Shown: piece after piece, positions 28,501 through 38,520 of the stretch
How positions within the stretch are numbered: position 1 is the stretch's first letter
How the letters are laid out: the number at the start of each line of letters is the position of its first letter
Assembly: GCA_003635255.1 (NCBI GenBank)
Contig: PYJC01000091.1
Coordinates: 992 to 64,991, forward strand
Source: Candidatus Poribacteria bacterium
GTDB taxonomy: Bacteria; Poribacteria; WGA-4E; WGA-3G
Direction of reading: 5' to 3'
DNA: 64,000 nucleotides
Notes under the pieces: generated by a model
Told to the model about the DNA's origin: nothing
Databases searched by the model: none
Seen by the model: the letters and a program-made list of their open reading frames with translations, nothing else
Position numbers and translations under genes: made by a program

Positions 28501-29258
28501 TCCCGCGCTCTTTCTTCTTGGGTCTGCTGGATTTCTTCACCTAATTGTTTCGCATCCTTTTGTAGTCTATCAAGTTCTGCTTCGGCATTCTTGAGTTGAT
28601 CGTGAGAGGCTTCTGGAATCCCCTTCAGTTCGTCAATCACCCCATCATAAGCAGCCTTTACCTCCGCTACTTTGCGGTTCAATTCTTCTCTAAGTATATC
28701 ATAGATGTGTACACCGGCAGTCGCTTCCAGAATATTGCGTCTGTTCTCTTTATCTGCCTTCAAGAATGCCGCGAACTCGCCTTGTGCTAACATGACTGAC
28801 CGTGTAAAGGCATCAAAATCGAGACCCAAAATGGATTCAACCTCTTCGCTCACCGTTTTTTGATCGGTACTGAGTGACTTTCCTTTTTTTGACAGCCTGT
28901 CACTGATCAATTTTCCATCATCAGCATAAAAGAGTTGGACCTTTGGAGCACCTTTCTGCCTAACAGACCAAGTTGCAAGATAACGTGTCTCGTTTGCCAT
29001 GAAAAGCACCTCAGCGAACGCCTCTTTTTCACCGTGACTGATTAGGTGCCTTGGATGTTGGCTCGTGGATCCACTTAACCTCGGTGTTTTACCATATAGC
29101 GCAACGCAAATCGCATCCAACAGCGTCGTTTTTCCGGCTCCCGTTGGACCGGTAATCGCTACCAATGAAGCATCATCCAGCGGCGATTGCTCAAAATCAA
29201 TCTCAACCGGTTCACGAAAACTATTTAGGTTCTTAAGTTTCAACTTACATATTTTCAT
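25512..29258 (-). CDS. sbcC: SbcC/Rad50-family ATPase
   Basis: 1248 aa. N-terminal [16 protein letters not shown] Walker A, long coiled coil with a CPVCG zinc hook, and C-terminal [18 protein letters not shown] signature plus [11 protein letters not shown] Walker B. The start overlaps the sbcD stop. Confidence 0.9.
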   Translation of the reverse strand: MKICKLKLKNLNSFREPVEIDFEQSPLDDASLVAITGPTGAGKTTLLDAICVALYGKTPRLSGSTSQHPRHLISHGEKEAFAEVLFMANETRYLATWSVRQKGAPKVQLFYADDGKLISDRLSKKGKSLSTDQKTVSEEVESILGLDFDAFTRSVMLAQGEFAAFLKADKENRRNILEATAGVHIYDILREELNRKVAEVKAAYDGVIDELKGIPEASHDQLKNAEAELDRLQKDAKQLGEEIQQTQEERARETKRTDDYKKLQSSEEQQAELLAQQPEIDALQEELENANRAQRLLSEKREFDTAQSACEESEEAFRNATTEKANAETQVETDQAAYDEKEEVYQAASTEQDQKMPVFAAAKSDVERAAERYAEADKRTPELVDVNNQIDAWEKQLTDRQTEQTDLQGQIDDAQRFLEDNPLPSDRQQRFNRVTGLLAELTSHEKQLETELKNKANAEKKVSSLRKEIEKLSKTQEKYLSEKASAETTLADATTQLEELLATGTHAEWTARKQLAAKAYPILQGYQDLKKNMNDLSEKVSELNDTVSTLNVELVQIKGKIREQTKVCQRTAEAVEKCESALRSAMLASPVNQLRHHLHEGEPCPVCGATEHPFAGVVEPEGEDLLEDAETALANAKHDAQVTQEQMQSFKTKQIQTEQNKRNALNQMSEFESEIEGIQEHNEVLSGQLKQLEVHIDGKISISNGNISIDGGFASEAGIRDEMEEVLNISLDLIVEQMTEADIAIAALGEADQARTEASHAYEIVAQQLETSEKEITRETNTLNDTKTQFEGLNDTIADLQANIKATETRFWESMPDTLHGITPKEAVDQFADKIEAVASRENELGKAETDLQVLNANIKADRGTLQNLKDNREALKNEKDKYMREREAYLSAAREKTGGLDTEDDINAATEALQTDLQTKENARDGAEQQLQNSQDLLTQKQAAHKMREENFHTSVEKLDASRQVYFDKLADAGFNTAEAHDNAFRDDNQIQDLTDQIDAHAAETQRLALEITELQTRFEETPFDPEALDRIEAQLKEIEAQLQKAQQEIGAQQQKIDDLKDALENRKALGDELGAAQQELERWQRLQETIPANALRDFALEIMFKQMSSLANEQLRFLTSERYQLRVEGIGDLAVIDRWNANEERPVETLSGGESFLTSLALALALSELSRGRAQLNSLFLDEGFGTLDTETLDIAIAALEGLRMQGRNIFLISHVQELTRRLPVKINVRKRGDDGSYGSSIDIRG

Positions 29259-30427
29259 TGGGACTCCTCAACCATCTGGACCAATTCGCTGAACGTCTGC
29301 GTTAAGGTTTCGTCCGGTGCGTTGCCATCGTAATTTGACTTGTAAAACTGTTCAAATATTTCCTCTGGACGTTTCATATCTTCAACAGGAATTGTTGGTC
29401 CCTGTTGTGCCTCTGGTAGTTCGACTTCAACGCTCAGCACATCGCCACCGCGGTCGCTGAATGCTTTCCGGACTTCATCGCTGATACCGACTCTCGGTGC
29501 GTCCAATTTCAATTTGACTTGGATGTACTTGCCATCCCAATCGCCTGTCATTGCTTCTGATAAAACTGAAACTTCATCATCGTCAACAGTACACAATTCT
29601 TTGAAGATAGGAACCTCAATTTCTTCATCTTGTGTGATCGTGCCATCGTCAGACAGTTCCAGTAAATACACCTTCTTGCGATAACCCGTTTCGTTGAACC
29701 TCAGCGGAATCGGTGAACCGGAATATCGAATCGGATAATCGTTGCCGCTGATTATCTGGGGTCTGTGGAGGTGTCCCAAGGCGACATAACTTGCACCCTC
29801 AGGAAAATCGCTGGCGAGAGTAGCAGTCGCGCCACCAATTTGGATATTTCGTTCAGAATCGCTTGTTGTTCCACCCTGAACGAAGAGGTGTCCCATCAAA
29901 ATTTTGGGGAGTTCTGCAGGCATAGCGGAAACGCAATCGGCATAAAACGCTTTGAACCGCTCCCGATACCGTTCACTTCGTTCCGCCTCTGTCTCATACG
30001 ACAGGTGTCGGAGGTCACCTTCGGAAAGATATGGCACAGCGGCGACAGCGACCCGCGGATTATTCTGCGGAAAGGTAAAGACACATTTAGCAGGGTCATC
30101 TGCAAGTCCGACGACGTAAATTCTGCCCATCTCAAGAAATTCACGTGGTGCCTCTAAGTGCCGCGCGGAGTCGTGGTTACCGGCAGTAATGACTGTGTAT
30201 GCGTCGGTCTCATCAAAAAGTCGATAGAGAAATCGGTAGTAGAGATTCGTTGATTCCGAGGAGGGGAGTGCTGTATCGAAGATGTCGCCTGAAACGAGGA
30301 GGAGTTCAACTTTCTGTTCTTGGATCGTTTTGAGCAGCCAATCCAGAAATTTTTTATGTTCATCGGTGCGTTGACGTTCGTGGAGCCGTTGACCGATATG
30401 CCAATCGGCGGTGTGGAGTATTCTCAT
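29255..30427 (-). CDS. sbcD: SbcD/Mre11-family nuclease
   Basis: [23 protein letters not shown] and LGHLH phosphoesterase motifs. The start is set at ATG 30427. Confidence 0.9.
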   Translation of the reverse strand: MRILHTADWHIGQRLHERQRTDEHKKFLDWLLKTIQEQKVELLLVSGDIFDTALPSSESTNLYYRFLYRLFDETDAYTVITAGNHDSARHLEAPREFLEMGRIYVVGLADDPAKCVFTFPQNNPRVAVAAVPYLSEGDLRHLSYETEAERSERYRERFKAFYADCVSAMPAELPKILMGHLFVQGGTTSDSERNIQIGGATATLASDFPEGASYVALGHLHRPQIISGNDYPIRYSGSPIPLRFNETGYRKKVYLLELSDDGTITQDEEIEVPIFKELCTVDDDEVSVLSEAMTGDWDGKYIQVKLKLDAPRVGISDEVRKAFSDRGGDVLSVEVELPEAQQGPTIPVEDMKRPEEIFEQFYKSNYDGNAPDETLTQTFSELVQMVEESQ

Positions 30428-30606
30428 GTTTTTTATATGTTTACCACCTGTTGAAGATTGTTTGGAAGATTTAATATAAACTATCATAACAAATCCCTAA
30501 ATTTGTTTTCAAGCAAATTAATTGGTTGCGAAAAAAGGCAGCGCATGATAGGCTAAAACCAATAATTTAACGATGGCAACACAGCGGAAAAGAAGGAGTT
30601 AGTTTG

Positions 30607-31800
30607 ATGAAAAATAACGGACGAGTTTTAACCGCAGAACTTGAAGAGATGCAAGTCTATGGGGAAACGCGAGTCGGATGGGATGAGAACACACCGGTCA
30701 ATGAAACCGTTGATGCCGATGGAAACGTTCCACCCGGCAGTAGAGGTTTCGGTATAGCAGATCCGAATTCGCCGAAGCGTCGGGTCTACGACGACCCAGA
30801 AGTCGAGGCACTCCGCGAGAAATTACGCGAACATAACGGCATCCGTGGACTCGAAATCTGTGATCCGCATGAAGTCAAGAGAGCCGCTCGTATTTTCCAT
30901 CGAGACGGATTCGTTGTCGTACGCGATCTGCTCAACCCAGAGCAACTCGCTCGCTGGAGAGACGGGTGTGCCGAGGCACTTCGCGATATCCTCTCAATCC
31001 CCGGTGCAGGAGACAGAAAATACGTAGCCGAAACTGGAAGGCTTCCACACCGATATAGTTACGGTACATCATCTGCTTCGAGACAGATGCTGCATCACCC
31101 TGCTTGGGCAGGCATGGTTGATCTGCCAACAACCACGCCAATCGTCACAGAGATTTTTGGGACTTCAGATTACCGTGTGTGGGGGTCGGGCGGCGACCTC
31201 TGCCTCCCCGGGGCAATCGAGTACCAACATCTGCATCTCGATGGTAGAGACCCACAACACCTTTCCGAAGCACGTATTGCCGAAGCGGAACGACTCGATC
31301 TTCAACTCCATAGAGACAGCAACGGAAAACTTGATGTCCCCTCACAAAAACTGATTATGGAGATGACACCACCGATGGTCACGATCAACTTCATCATGTG
31401 TGACCTCACTTGGGAAAACGGGCCGATCCGACAGATTCCGGGGACACATACGTTACAGCAGAACCCGCCGCCTCCGGGTGACGAACCGGATTGGATGAAA
31501 CATTCAACACTCGTTGGTGCGACTGCCGGTTCTGGCGTATTCCGAGATAATCGGGCATGGCACGGTGCAACGCCGAATTTGTCAAAGGAAATCCGGGCAC
31601 TGCCAAATGTTGAGTATATGGCACCGTGGCGTACGCAGCACGGTTTCAGTCGGATTATGCCTCACGAAATTTGGGAGACTCTGACACCATTCGGTCAGAA
31701 ATTGTGCGACTGGATCAAGGCGGAACCGGGAGTTTGGCCCCCTGGGGCAGGTATTATGCACCCACTCGCAAGCAAGCGCGAAGCCGCAAAGCAATTATAG
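30607..31800 (+). CDS. Phytanoyl-CoA dioxygenase (PhyH) family protein
   Basis: AGGAG RBS 8 nt before ATG 30607. F.RDGFVVVRDLL N-terminal block, HLHLD (HxD) and a late WHGATPN His. Confidence 0.65.
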   Translation: MKNNGRVLTAELEEMQVYGETRVGWDENTPVNETVDADGNVPPGSRGFGIADPNSPKRRVYDDPEVEALREKLREHNGIRGLEICDPHEVKRAARIFHRDGFVVVRDLLNPEQLARWRDGCAEALRDILSIPGAGDRKYVAETGRLPHRYSYGTSSASRQMLHHPAWAGMVDLPTTTPIVTEIFGTSDYRVWGSGGDLCLPGAIEYQHLHLDGRDPQHLSEARIAEAERLDLQLHRDSNGKLDVPSQKLIMEMTPPMVTINFIMCDLTWENGPIRQIPGTHTLQQNPPPPGDEPDWMKHSTLVGATAGSGVFRDNRAWHGATPNLSKEIRALPNVEYMAPWRTQHGFSRIMPHEIWETLTPFGQKLCDWIKAEPGVWPPGAGIMHPLASKREAAKQL

Positions 31801-31813
31801 AAGGAGAGAACAG

Positions 31814-32854
31814 ATGTTAAACTGGGGCGTTATGGGAGCAGGCGGTATCGCCTATGTATTCTGTAATGGGATGCGTTTCACAGATACAGGACAAATCCTC
31901 GCTGTCGCGAGTCGGACCGAATCACGTATTGACAGACTTGCCAACGATTTCGGCATCCCTCGCCGATACAACGATTACGCAGACCTGTTGACAGATGACG
32001 ATATTGATGCTGTCTATATAGCAACGATTCACCCGCTGCATGCGGAGTGGGCAATAAAATGTGCCGAAGCGGGCAAACATCTACTGGTCGAGAAACCGAT
32101 CAGTATGAGCCATGCAGAAACCGCTGCGATGGTGAACGCTGCACGCGAAAACGATGTCTTCCTCATGGAAGCCTTTATGTATCGGTGCCACCCGCAGATC
32201 GCGAAAATGGTTGAACTGATACAAGAGGGTACTATCGGCGATGTCCAAGTTATCCGTGCGACTTTCGGTTACCGTTCAGGTTTCAACCCGCAAAGCCGTC
32301 TCTACAACCGTGAAATGGGGGGTGGTGGTATCCTTGATATCGGGTGTTATACGGCGTCGATGTCTCGGAAAGTCGCAGGTGCGGCGGCGAATGAACTCTT
32401 TCTGAATCCGATCTCCGTAAAAGGGAACGGAAAAATCGGTCCGACAGGTGTGGACCACATCGCTGCGGCGACGCTGAAATTTGAGAACGATATTATCGCC
32501 GAAATCATTTGTGCTGTTGAATGCAATTATGGGAGTAACGTCACTATCTACGGCACGGAAGGCACGCTAACGATTCCGAATCCGTGGCTGCCATCATCAC
32601 CCTGCCGCGGTGCAAGGACACCGTTGCCAGCTGATACGACCTTCCCCGCAACGCAGCTGATCGTTCAATCATCCCAAAGTCGCGAAACAACTGAAGTAAC
32701 GATACCCGTTGATAGGGATCTGTTTACTTATGAAGCGGATACAGTCGCGGCACATATCGCTGACCGACAGGCTCCGGCGATGTCTTGGGGAGACACGCTT
32801 GGTAACATGCAGCTGCTTGACGCTTGGCGCGAAGAGGTAGGCGTTGTTTCGTAA
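31814..32854 (+). CDS. Gfo/Idh/MocA-family oxidoreductase
   Basis: GVMGAGGIA Rossmann start, DAVYIATIHPLHAEW and LLVEKP motifs. Confidence 0.85.
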   Translation: MLNWGVMGAGGIAYVFCNGMRFTDTGQILAVASRTESRIDRLANDFGIPRRYNDYADLLTDDDIDAVYIATIHPLHAEWAIKCAEAGKHLLVEKPISMSHAETAAMVNAARENDVFLMEAFMYRCHPQIAKMVELIQEGTIGDVQVIRATFGYRSGFNPQSRLYNREMGGGGILDIGCYTASMSRKVAGAAANELFLNPISVKGNGKIGPTGVDHIAAATLKFENDIIAEIICAVECNYGSNVTIYGTEGTLTIPNPWLPSSPCRGARTPLPADTTFPATQLIVQSSQSRETTEVTIPVDRDLFTYEADTVAAHIADRQAPAMSWGDTLGNMQLLDAWREEVGVVS

Positions 32855-32900
32855 CAAACATTAAAAATATGTATGCCTCAAGCGTAGAAGGAATGAAGGA

Positions 32901-33146
32901 ATGCGGAAAGCCAAAATTGCGTCAGTAGGGTGTGGCTGGGTGGCAAGACGTTGGCATCTGCCAACAATCGCTGAATTGACGAAAAGAGGCGATTTAGATT
33001 ATGTCGCTGTATGTGATGCTAATGCAGATACTGCTCGTGAAGTCGGTGAGGAATACGGTCTCCCGTATTACACAGATGTTGAGATATGTATTGCTTTATT
33101 AGGGTTGCGATGGCATCCGTTCAACCCAATCGACGATAAAATCTAA
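32901..33146 (+). pseudogene. N-terminal ~60-aa fragment of a second Gfo/Idh/MocA oxidoreductase
   Basis: KIASVGCGWVARRWHLPTIAEL...YVAVCDANADTAREVGEEYGLPYYTDVE is family-like up to about 33083. The frame then runs into unrelated sequence and stops, followed by a repeat motif and the aroQ promoter. Confidence 0.65.
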
Positions 33147-33173
33147 ATTGGTCCGATGGCAATGTAAAAAATC

Positions 33174-33202
33174 TTGCATGTTTTTCCGATTGATTATATA
33201 CT
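33174..33202 (+). promoter_or_regulatory. sigma70-type promoter candidate for aroQ
   Basis: TTGCAT (33174-33179), 17 nt, TATACT (33197-33202); ATG at 33246. Confidence 0.4.
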
Positions 33203-33245
33203 GCTTATGGCAGAGGCAATATTTCACGAAAAAGGAAAAACTTGC

Positions 33246-33713
33246 ATGAACATCCTCGTCTTACACGGACCGAATCTACATCTCTTGGGAAAACGCCAAC
33301 CCGAGATTTATGGACACGAAACTTTGGCAGACATTAACACGATGCTCGACCAACACGCTGCAGCGTCGTCCCACCCGATTGTCCTGAAAATGTTTCAATC
33401 TAATCACGAAGGCGAACTCGTCTCTATCATCGGCGATCATATTGATTGGGCAGATGGTATTCTGATTAACCCTGCAGCCTATACACACACCAGCGTCGGC
33501 ATCCGAGATGCGCTTTCGACCGTTGCACTTCCCGTCATTGAGATCCATCTCTCTAACATCTATGCCCGCGAAGAGTTTCGGCATCATTCGTATATCTCGG
33601 CGATTGCTGCGGGTGTCATTGGTGGTTTCGGGACGCATAGTTATAAACTGGCACTCGAAGCAATGATCCACATTTTGCAGTTAAAAATGGAACCGTTAGC
33701 AGAGACATCTTGA
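33246..33713 (+). CDS. aroQ: Type II 3-dehydroquinate dehydratase
   Basis: ILVLHGPNLHLLGKRQPEIYG, QSNHEGELV, INPAAYTHTSVGIRDA and IEIHLSNI motifs. Confidence 0.9.
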   Translation: MNILVLHGPNLHLLGKRQPEIYGHETLADINTMLDQHAAASSHPIVLKMFQSNHEGELVSIIGDHIDWADGILINPAAYTHTSVGIRDALSTVALPVIEIHLSNIYAREEFRHHSYISAIAAGVIGGFGTHSYKLALEAMIHILQLKMEPLAETS

Positions 33714-33746
33714 GCAAGCATATTTCTATGGGATTATAACACACAA

Positions 33747-33880
33747 CAGGACTTACGCAAATTTAGTAGAAAACGGATACTTTGCCCGTAAAAGTAGATA
33801 CTCAAAGTTTTTAACCCCCTAAATCCCCCTTATCAGGGACTTTAAGAGGCAATACGTAGGTCCTAATACAATTTGGAACA
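33747..33880 (+). repeat. Copy A of a leader/MITE-like element: conserved 18-nt 5' box, complementary 3' box, TTTGGAACA tail
   Basis: CAGGACTTACGCAAATTT (33747-33764) is identical to 44639-44656. CGTAGGTCCT (33855-33864) complements the 5' box at 9 of 10 positions. TTTGGAACA (33872-33880) is also shared with copy B. Confidence 0.7.
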
Positions 33881-33894
33881 CAAGGAATCCCCCT

Positions 33895-35040
33895 ATGGCA
33901 GAAAATCGATTTATACCGTTTAGTCGTCCTTGGATTGATGATACCGAAATCGAAGCCGTTAGCCAAGTGCTCGCCTCGAAATGGATTAGTACGGGAAACA
34001 GAGTCCGTGAGTTTGAACGCGCCTTCGCTGAACATCTTGGTGTTAAACACGCGATTGCTGTCAGTTCTTGTACCGCAGCGTTGCATCTGAGTCTCGTCGT
34101 AGCTGACATCGGCAGCGGTGACGAAGTCATCACAACGCCTTACACTTTTACCGCGACTGCCGAGGCGATCCGATATGTCGGTGCGAAGCCGGTATTCGTG
34201 GATATCCATCCCGATACATTGAACATCGACACAAGCAAAATTGAGCGAGCGATAACGCCTCGCACAAAGGCGATACTTCCGGTTCATATCGCGGGTATCC
34301 CGTGTGATATGGATGTACTACAGGATATAAGTCAGAACCACAATCTTACGCTCATTGATGACGCTGCACATGCCATTCCTGTTGAATACAAAGGACAACA
34401 TATCGGTGCTATCGGTGACCTGTCCGCCTTTAGTTTCTATGCGAATAAGAACCTCACCACGGCGGAAGGTGGTATGATTACCACCAACAGCGACGTTTTC
34501 GCTGAACCGCTCCGCACAATGCGACTTCACGGGATTGACAAAGACGCTTGGGCGCGGCAATCGCAACGTAATATTTGGCGTTACGACATTGCCACCGAAG
34601 GGTATAAATACAACATGACTGATATTCAAGCGGCAATGGGATTGTGTCAACTCATGAAACTTAACAAGCAACATGAACGCCGCCGAAATTTTGCGCAGAT
34701 CTATCAAACGGAACTGGCGAAATTCCCACAAATTAACACGCCTGTGGCACCGGATAATCCCCGCGAGCATGCGTGGCATCTCTACATCATCCAACTCCAG
34801 ACCGGCAACCGAGACGAATTTGTGGAATCTTTGAGCGAGGCGAATATTGAATGCAGTGTCCACTATATTCCGTTACATCTCTTCGAGTTTTATCAGGATC
34901 AATACGGCTACCGCGTCGGCGATTTTCCGTTCGCTGAAGCAGCATTTGAACGCGTCGTGAGTCTCCCACTCCATCCCGGGTTAACCGAGGATGACGTTCA
35001 CATCGTGATTGATGCGATAGGGAAAATTTTGGAGTCATAA
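33895..35040 (+). CDS. DegT/DnrJ/EryC1/StrS-family PLP aminotransferase (sugar aminotransferase type)
   Basis: 381 aa. RPWIDDTEIEAV start, FSFYANKNLTTAEGGM (PLP-Lys region) and SLPLHPGLT ending. Confidence 0.85.
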   Translation: MAENRFIPFSRPWIDDTEIEAVSQVLASKWISTGNRVREFERAFAEHLGVKHAIAVSSCTAALHLSLVVADIGSGDEVITTPYTFTATAEAIRYVGAKPVFVDIHPDTLNIDTSKIERAITPRTKAILPVHIAGIPCDMDVLQDISQNHNLTLIDDAAHAIPVEYKGQHIGAIGDLSAFSFYANKNLTTAEGGMITTNSDVFAEPLRTMRLHGIDKDAWARQSQRNIWRYDIATEGYKYNMTDIQAAMGLCQLMKLNKQHERRRNFAQIYQTELAKFPQINTPVAPDNPREHAWHLYIIQLQTGNRDEFVESLSEANIECSVHYIPLHLFEFYQDQYGYRVGDFPFAEAAFERVVSLPLHPGLTEDDVHIVIDAIGKILES

Positions 35041-35097
35041 TTGAGGAGCGGAATTCATCTCATACGCTGCATCTCAACAAACTTATTGGACCGCACG

Positions 35098-35664
35098 ATG
35101 GAAACCTCTAACCGCTTGTCCTCCACACTTTACCAAATTATCCCTTCCGAGGTTTGTTTTTCGTGCGATGTCTGTTGCCGATTTCTGGAAGCAGATAGTC
35201 CACTCGCGCCTATCTTCACCAAGACAGAGAGACAGAAAGCCGTAGCACACGGTATCAATCCTGCGCTGTTTCGTCTGCAAGCAGATGGCAGCAGCGCGCA
35301 AATTCAGCTCAAACGCCATGAAGATTTCTATATCTGTCCCTTTTTTGAGCCAGAGACGAGCCACTGCACCATTTATCCGATCCGTCCGCTGGACTGTCAA
35401 CTCTATCCGTTCGCTCTCATGTTCAGCGAGGACAAGGGGACTGTTGTGCTTGGCGTGGATACCCTCTGCCCGTTCAGTGAAGCACATCTCGAATCGGAGG
35501 CATTTCAGCAGCACATCCGCGATGTTATTGATTACGTTGAATCCGAAGCGGTTACGGCGCGAATCATCGCAAATTGGAGCCTCATCGGTGACTATCAAGA
35601 CACCGTGAAAATTGTCCACACCTTAGCACGATTGACAGATGCAACTTCAGCCACTCACGCTTAA
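35098..35664 (+). CDS. YkgJ-family cysteine-cluster protein (CxxCxxCC)
   Basis: VCFSCDVCCRF and ICPFF...HCTIYPIRPLDCQLYPF motifs. The start codon is uncertain (35041 or 35098). Confidence 0.7.
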   Translation: METSNRLSSTLYQIIPSEVCFSCDVCCRFLEADSPLAPIFTKTERQKAVAHGINPALFRLQADGSSAQIQLKRHEDFYICPFFEPETSHCTIYPIRPLDCQLYPFALMFSEDKGTVVLGVDTLCPFSEAHLESEAFQQHIRDVIDYVESEAVTARIIANWSLIGDYQDTVKIVHTLARLTDATSATHA

Positions 35665-36556
35665 CGACAAACCGATTTTTGACACATACGCGCATCGGAC
35701 AGGCATACGACTGTCTCACTATGCTTTCGCACCGCTCTATGTGTGGGAAGAACATTTTCAGTTTTATTGGACGCTACTGGCGGAACATTTATGCATCTTC
35801 GCAAAGCAGGGCGAGGACTATTTCATGCCGATCCTGCCGATGCCGTGCGAGACCGAAGACCGTACCTATCTGAATGTTATTTGCCAAGCATATCAATTCA
35901 TGTTAGAATCCAATCGGAATCCACACATTGCCCGAATCGAAAATGTGCCACAAGCAATGATTGTTTTCTTTCAAAAGAATGGGTTTAGTGCCACCGTGAA
36001 GGAGACGGAATATCTCTACGAAGCTGAGACACTCGCTGGACTGAGAGGTGGCCGCTACAAACAGCAACGCCACGCTTATAATGTCTTTGTAGCAGAACAT
36101 CCTGCAGCAAAATTGCGTCCGCATACCCCAGCGGATCAGGATGCGTGTCTTTTGCTTTATGACAGATGGCGAAAGAAACGTTCGGAAAGATACGACGATC
36201 CTATCTATAACGCAATGCTTGACGATTCACGGTCAGCACATAGGATTGGGGTTTCACAAGCGGAGGCACTCGGACTCCTCGGCAGAATTGTCCATATCAA
36301 TGAAAAAATCAGAGGCTATACCTTCGGCTACCCGCTGAACGCGGATACCTTCTGTATCCTTTTTGAGGTAACCGACTTACAAATAAAGGGGCTCGCGCAA
36401 TTCATCTACCGAGAATTTTGTAAAGAATTAATGGATACCTATAGATGGATTAACGCTATGGACGACTCAGGATTAGAAAATCTGAAGCGCGTCAAAAACG
36501 CCTATCATCCTATAAAACTGATCCCTTCATACAATATTGTTATGACGAAAAAATAA
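35639..36556 (+). CDS. DUF2156-domain protein (aminoacyl-phosphatidylglycerol-synthase C-domain-like acyltransferase fold)
   Basis: LSHYAFAPLYVWEEHF, YLYEAETLAGLRGGRYKQQRHAYN and NAMDDSGLENLKRVKNAYHP blocks. It overlaps the YkgJ gene by 26 nt. Confidence 0.75.
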   Translation: MQLQPLTLNDKPIFDTYAHRTGIRLSHYAFAPLYVWEEHFQFYWTLLAEHLCIFAKQGEDYFMPILPMPCETEDRTYLNVICQAYQFMLESNRNPHIARIENVPQAMIVFFQKNGFSATVKETEYLYEAETLAGLRGGRYKQQRHAYNVFVAEHPAAKLRPHTPADQDACLLLYDRWRKKRSERYDDPIYNAMLDDSRSAHRIGVSQAEALGLLGRIVHINEKIRGYTFGYPLNADTFCILFEVTDLQIKGLAQFIYREFCKELMDTYRWINAMDDSGLENLKRVKNAYHPIKLIPSYNIVMTKK

Positions 36557-36651
36557 AAGAGCGCGCAGCCCAAGCATCGCGCGGGCAAGTCCACGGAAAG
36601 GGAGGTCAAGTGCTTACCCCTCCTCGCCGAACCGCAAGGAAAAGTAAAAAA

Positions 36652-37365
36652 ATGAAAGGGGCACTTATTTTTCTCAACGGCTACTATGACACACGGTATC
36701 TCGACTTTTACCGTCAGGAGATCCTAACCGCGCTGGAAAATCGTTTCCTGCTTATCTGTGCTGATGGCGGAATTCGGATATTTGACGATTTAAATCAGGA
36801 TACGGATACAACGCTCGTCCCTGATGTACTCATTGGTGACATGGATTCAGTTGTAGAAGGGATAACGAAAGCAAAACATGTCGTTCAGGAGTGGATCGGA
36901 AAAACGGACAAAGACTGGACTGACGGGCAGCTCGCTGTGGATTATGCCCTGGAAGCATACGGATGCCGACATATCATCATCTACGGAGGGTTACCGCGTC
37001 CAGAGGTGTATGAGACAGATCAGTTTCTTGGCAATCTTAAACTGATGCGTTTTGGACATTATCGTGTGTCTACAGATACTCCCTACAAAGCCGAAATGCG
37101 AGACCCGAAGCAGACGATCCACTATGTCTTATCAGCCGTACGGTTAGCCCGAAAAAACAGTGGATTGCAACGCGTCTCGCTCATCGCTGAAGCCGATAAC
37201 GTCGTTGTGGAAAAGAGCGAAAACCTGCGTTGGGATTTGGCATCGCTACACATCCACCCTGACCTAACAAACGCCCTCCGCAATGAGTTCGTGGAAGGCG
37301 CAGAATGGGCAGTGCTCCAATTGGTTGAAGGGGCTGCCCCGGTTTACGTGATTCATAATTGGTGA
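36652..37365 (+). CDS. Probable thiamine pyrophosphokinase
   Basis: LICADGGIRIF...PDVLIGDMDSV pattern (ADGG ... GD.DS). Confidence 0.6.
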   Translation: MKGALIFLNGYYDTRYLDFYRQEILTALENRFLLICADGGIRIFDDLNQDTDTTLVPDVLIGDMDSVVEGITKAKHVVQEWIGKTDKDWTDGQLAVDYALEAYGCRHIIIYGGLPRPEVYETDQFLGNLKLMRFGHYRVSTDTPYKAEMRDPKQTIHYVLSAVRLARKNSGLQRVSLIAEADNVVVEKSENLRWDLASLHIHPDLTNALRNEFVEGAEWAVLQLVEGAAPVYVIHNW

Positions 37366-38318
37366 GCGAGGACTTTCTTGAGCGTTTCCGTGTCAAGATT
37401 CGCGCCGCTCATCACCATCACCACGTTTTTCCCTGCTAATTTATCCGTGAGTTTGTGTGCAGCTGCGAGTGGTGCTGCGCCTGCGCCTTCTGCTAAGTTA
37501 TGTGTCCATCGTAATGCCAAACGGATGCCTTCCACAATCTCTGCCTCGCTGAGTAGCACCATGTCGTGGATGCCTTTCTGGATAATGGAAAACGGCAGCG
37601 GGAACGGCACACGCGTCGCAAGTCCATCAGCGATGGTATCACAAGAATCGGTCTCTATCATGTGTCCTGCTTTCCATGAGTGGTAGATCGCGGGTGCATT
37701 TTCGGCTTGCACACCGATGACTTTAACGTTGGGATTAATCGCCTTCGCAACTGTGATCACACCACAACAACCGCTTCCACCGCCGATCGGCACAATAATT
37801 GCGTCTACATTCGGAAGCTTTTCAAAAATCTCAAGTGAATAAGTACCGACACCGTGGAAGAGTCCGGGTTCCATGCACGGGTGAACATAATAAAGCCCGC
37901 GTTCCGCTTCGAGTATTTCACACAAAGCACGTGCTTCATCAAAATCGGTACCGTGTTCGATCAGTTCTGCACCGAACGCTTGCATCGCGCTATTCTTTTC
38001 GGGATTATTTCCGTGTGGCACGACGACGGTAGCCTTGACACCAAATTGTGCCGCCGCGTAGGCGATAGACTGTCCATGATTTCCACGCGTTGCCGTAATA
38101 ACGCCCTTTTTACGTTGTGTTTGTGGAAGATGGTGCATGAAATTCAGACCACCGCGTACTTTAAAGCTACCTGTCGGGTTATGATTTTCATGTTTGATGT
38201 ATGCCTGAAATCCGAGTCGCTCGGACAATTCGGGATAGTGAATTAGGGGTGTAGATTTTAAAAACCGCGTCACAATCTGTCTCGCGGCAATGATGTTTTG
38301 AAATGTAAGCGTGCCCAT
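37353..38318 (-). CDS. PLP-dependent threonine/serine dehydratase-like enzyme (tryptophan synthase beta superfamily)
   Basis: HENHNPTGSFKVRGG PLP-Lys motif and a GGGSG loop. Confidence 0.85.
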   Translation of the reverse strand: MGTLTFQNIIAARQIVTRFLKSTPLIHYPELSERLGFQAYIKHENHNPTGSFKVRGGLNFMHHLPQTQRKKGVITATRGNHGQSIAYAAAQFGVKATVVVPHGNNPEKNSAMQAFGAELIEHGTDFDEARALCEILEAERGLYYVHPCMEPGLFHGVGTYSLEIFEKLPNVDAIIVPIGGGSGCCGVITVAKAINPNVKVIGVQAENAPAIYHSWKAGHMIETDSCDTIADGLATRVPFPLPFSIIQKGIHDMVLLSEAEIVEGIRLALRWTHNLAEGAGAAPLAAAHKLTDKLAGKNVVMVMSGANLDTETLKKVLAHQL

Positions 38319-38333
38319 TTTATTCCTTCAGTA

Positions 38334-38354
38334 TAGTTGTCAGTTATCAGTTGC
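38334..38354 (-). repeat. Heptamer array (sense CTGATAA CTGACAA CTA) 16 nt upstream of the start at 38318
   Basis: The plus strand reads TAGTTGT CAGTTAT CAGTTGC. Confidence 0.65.
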
Positions 38355-38520
38355 TAGAAAAGCATCTACTTATGCAACCGAAAACTGATGACTCCTAAAA
38401 ATAGTATCTTGCAAACGCAAAAAATCCATGCTAATATGATAACATATCTCAATGGACTATCCAAAATTAATCGTATTCAAGAGCAGGACATTCAGTTTCA
38501 TTGAACCCTCTTTTACTGGC

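Noticed and set aside
25512-30427. sbcDC as a novel defence locus
   Set aside because: It has the canonical SbcD/SbcC organisation and motifs, including the zinc hook, and is flanked by metabolic genes. Nothing is unusual beyond the long coiled coil.
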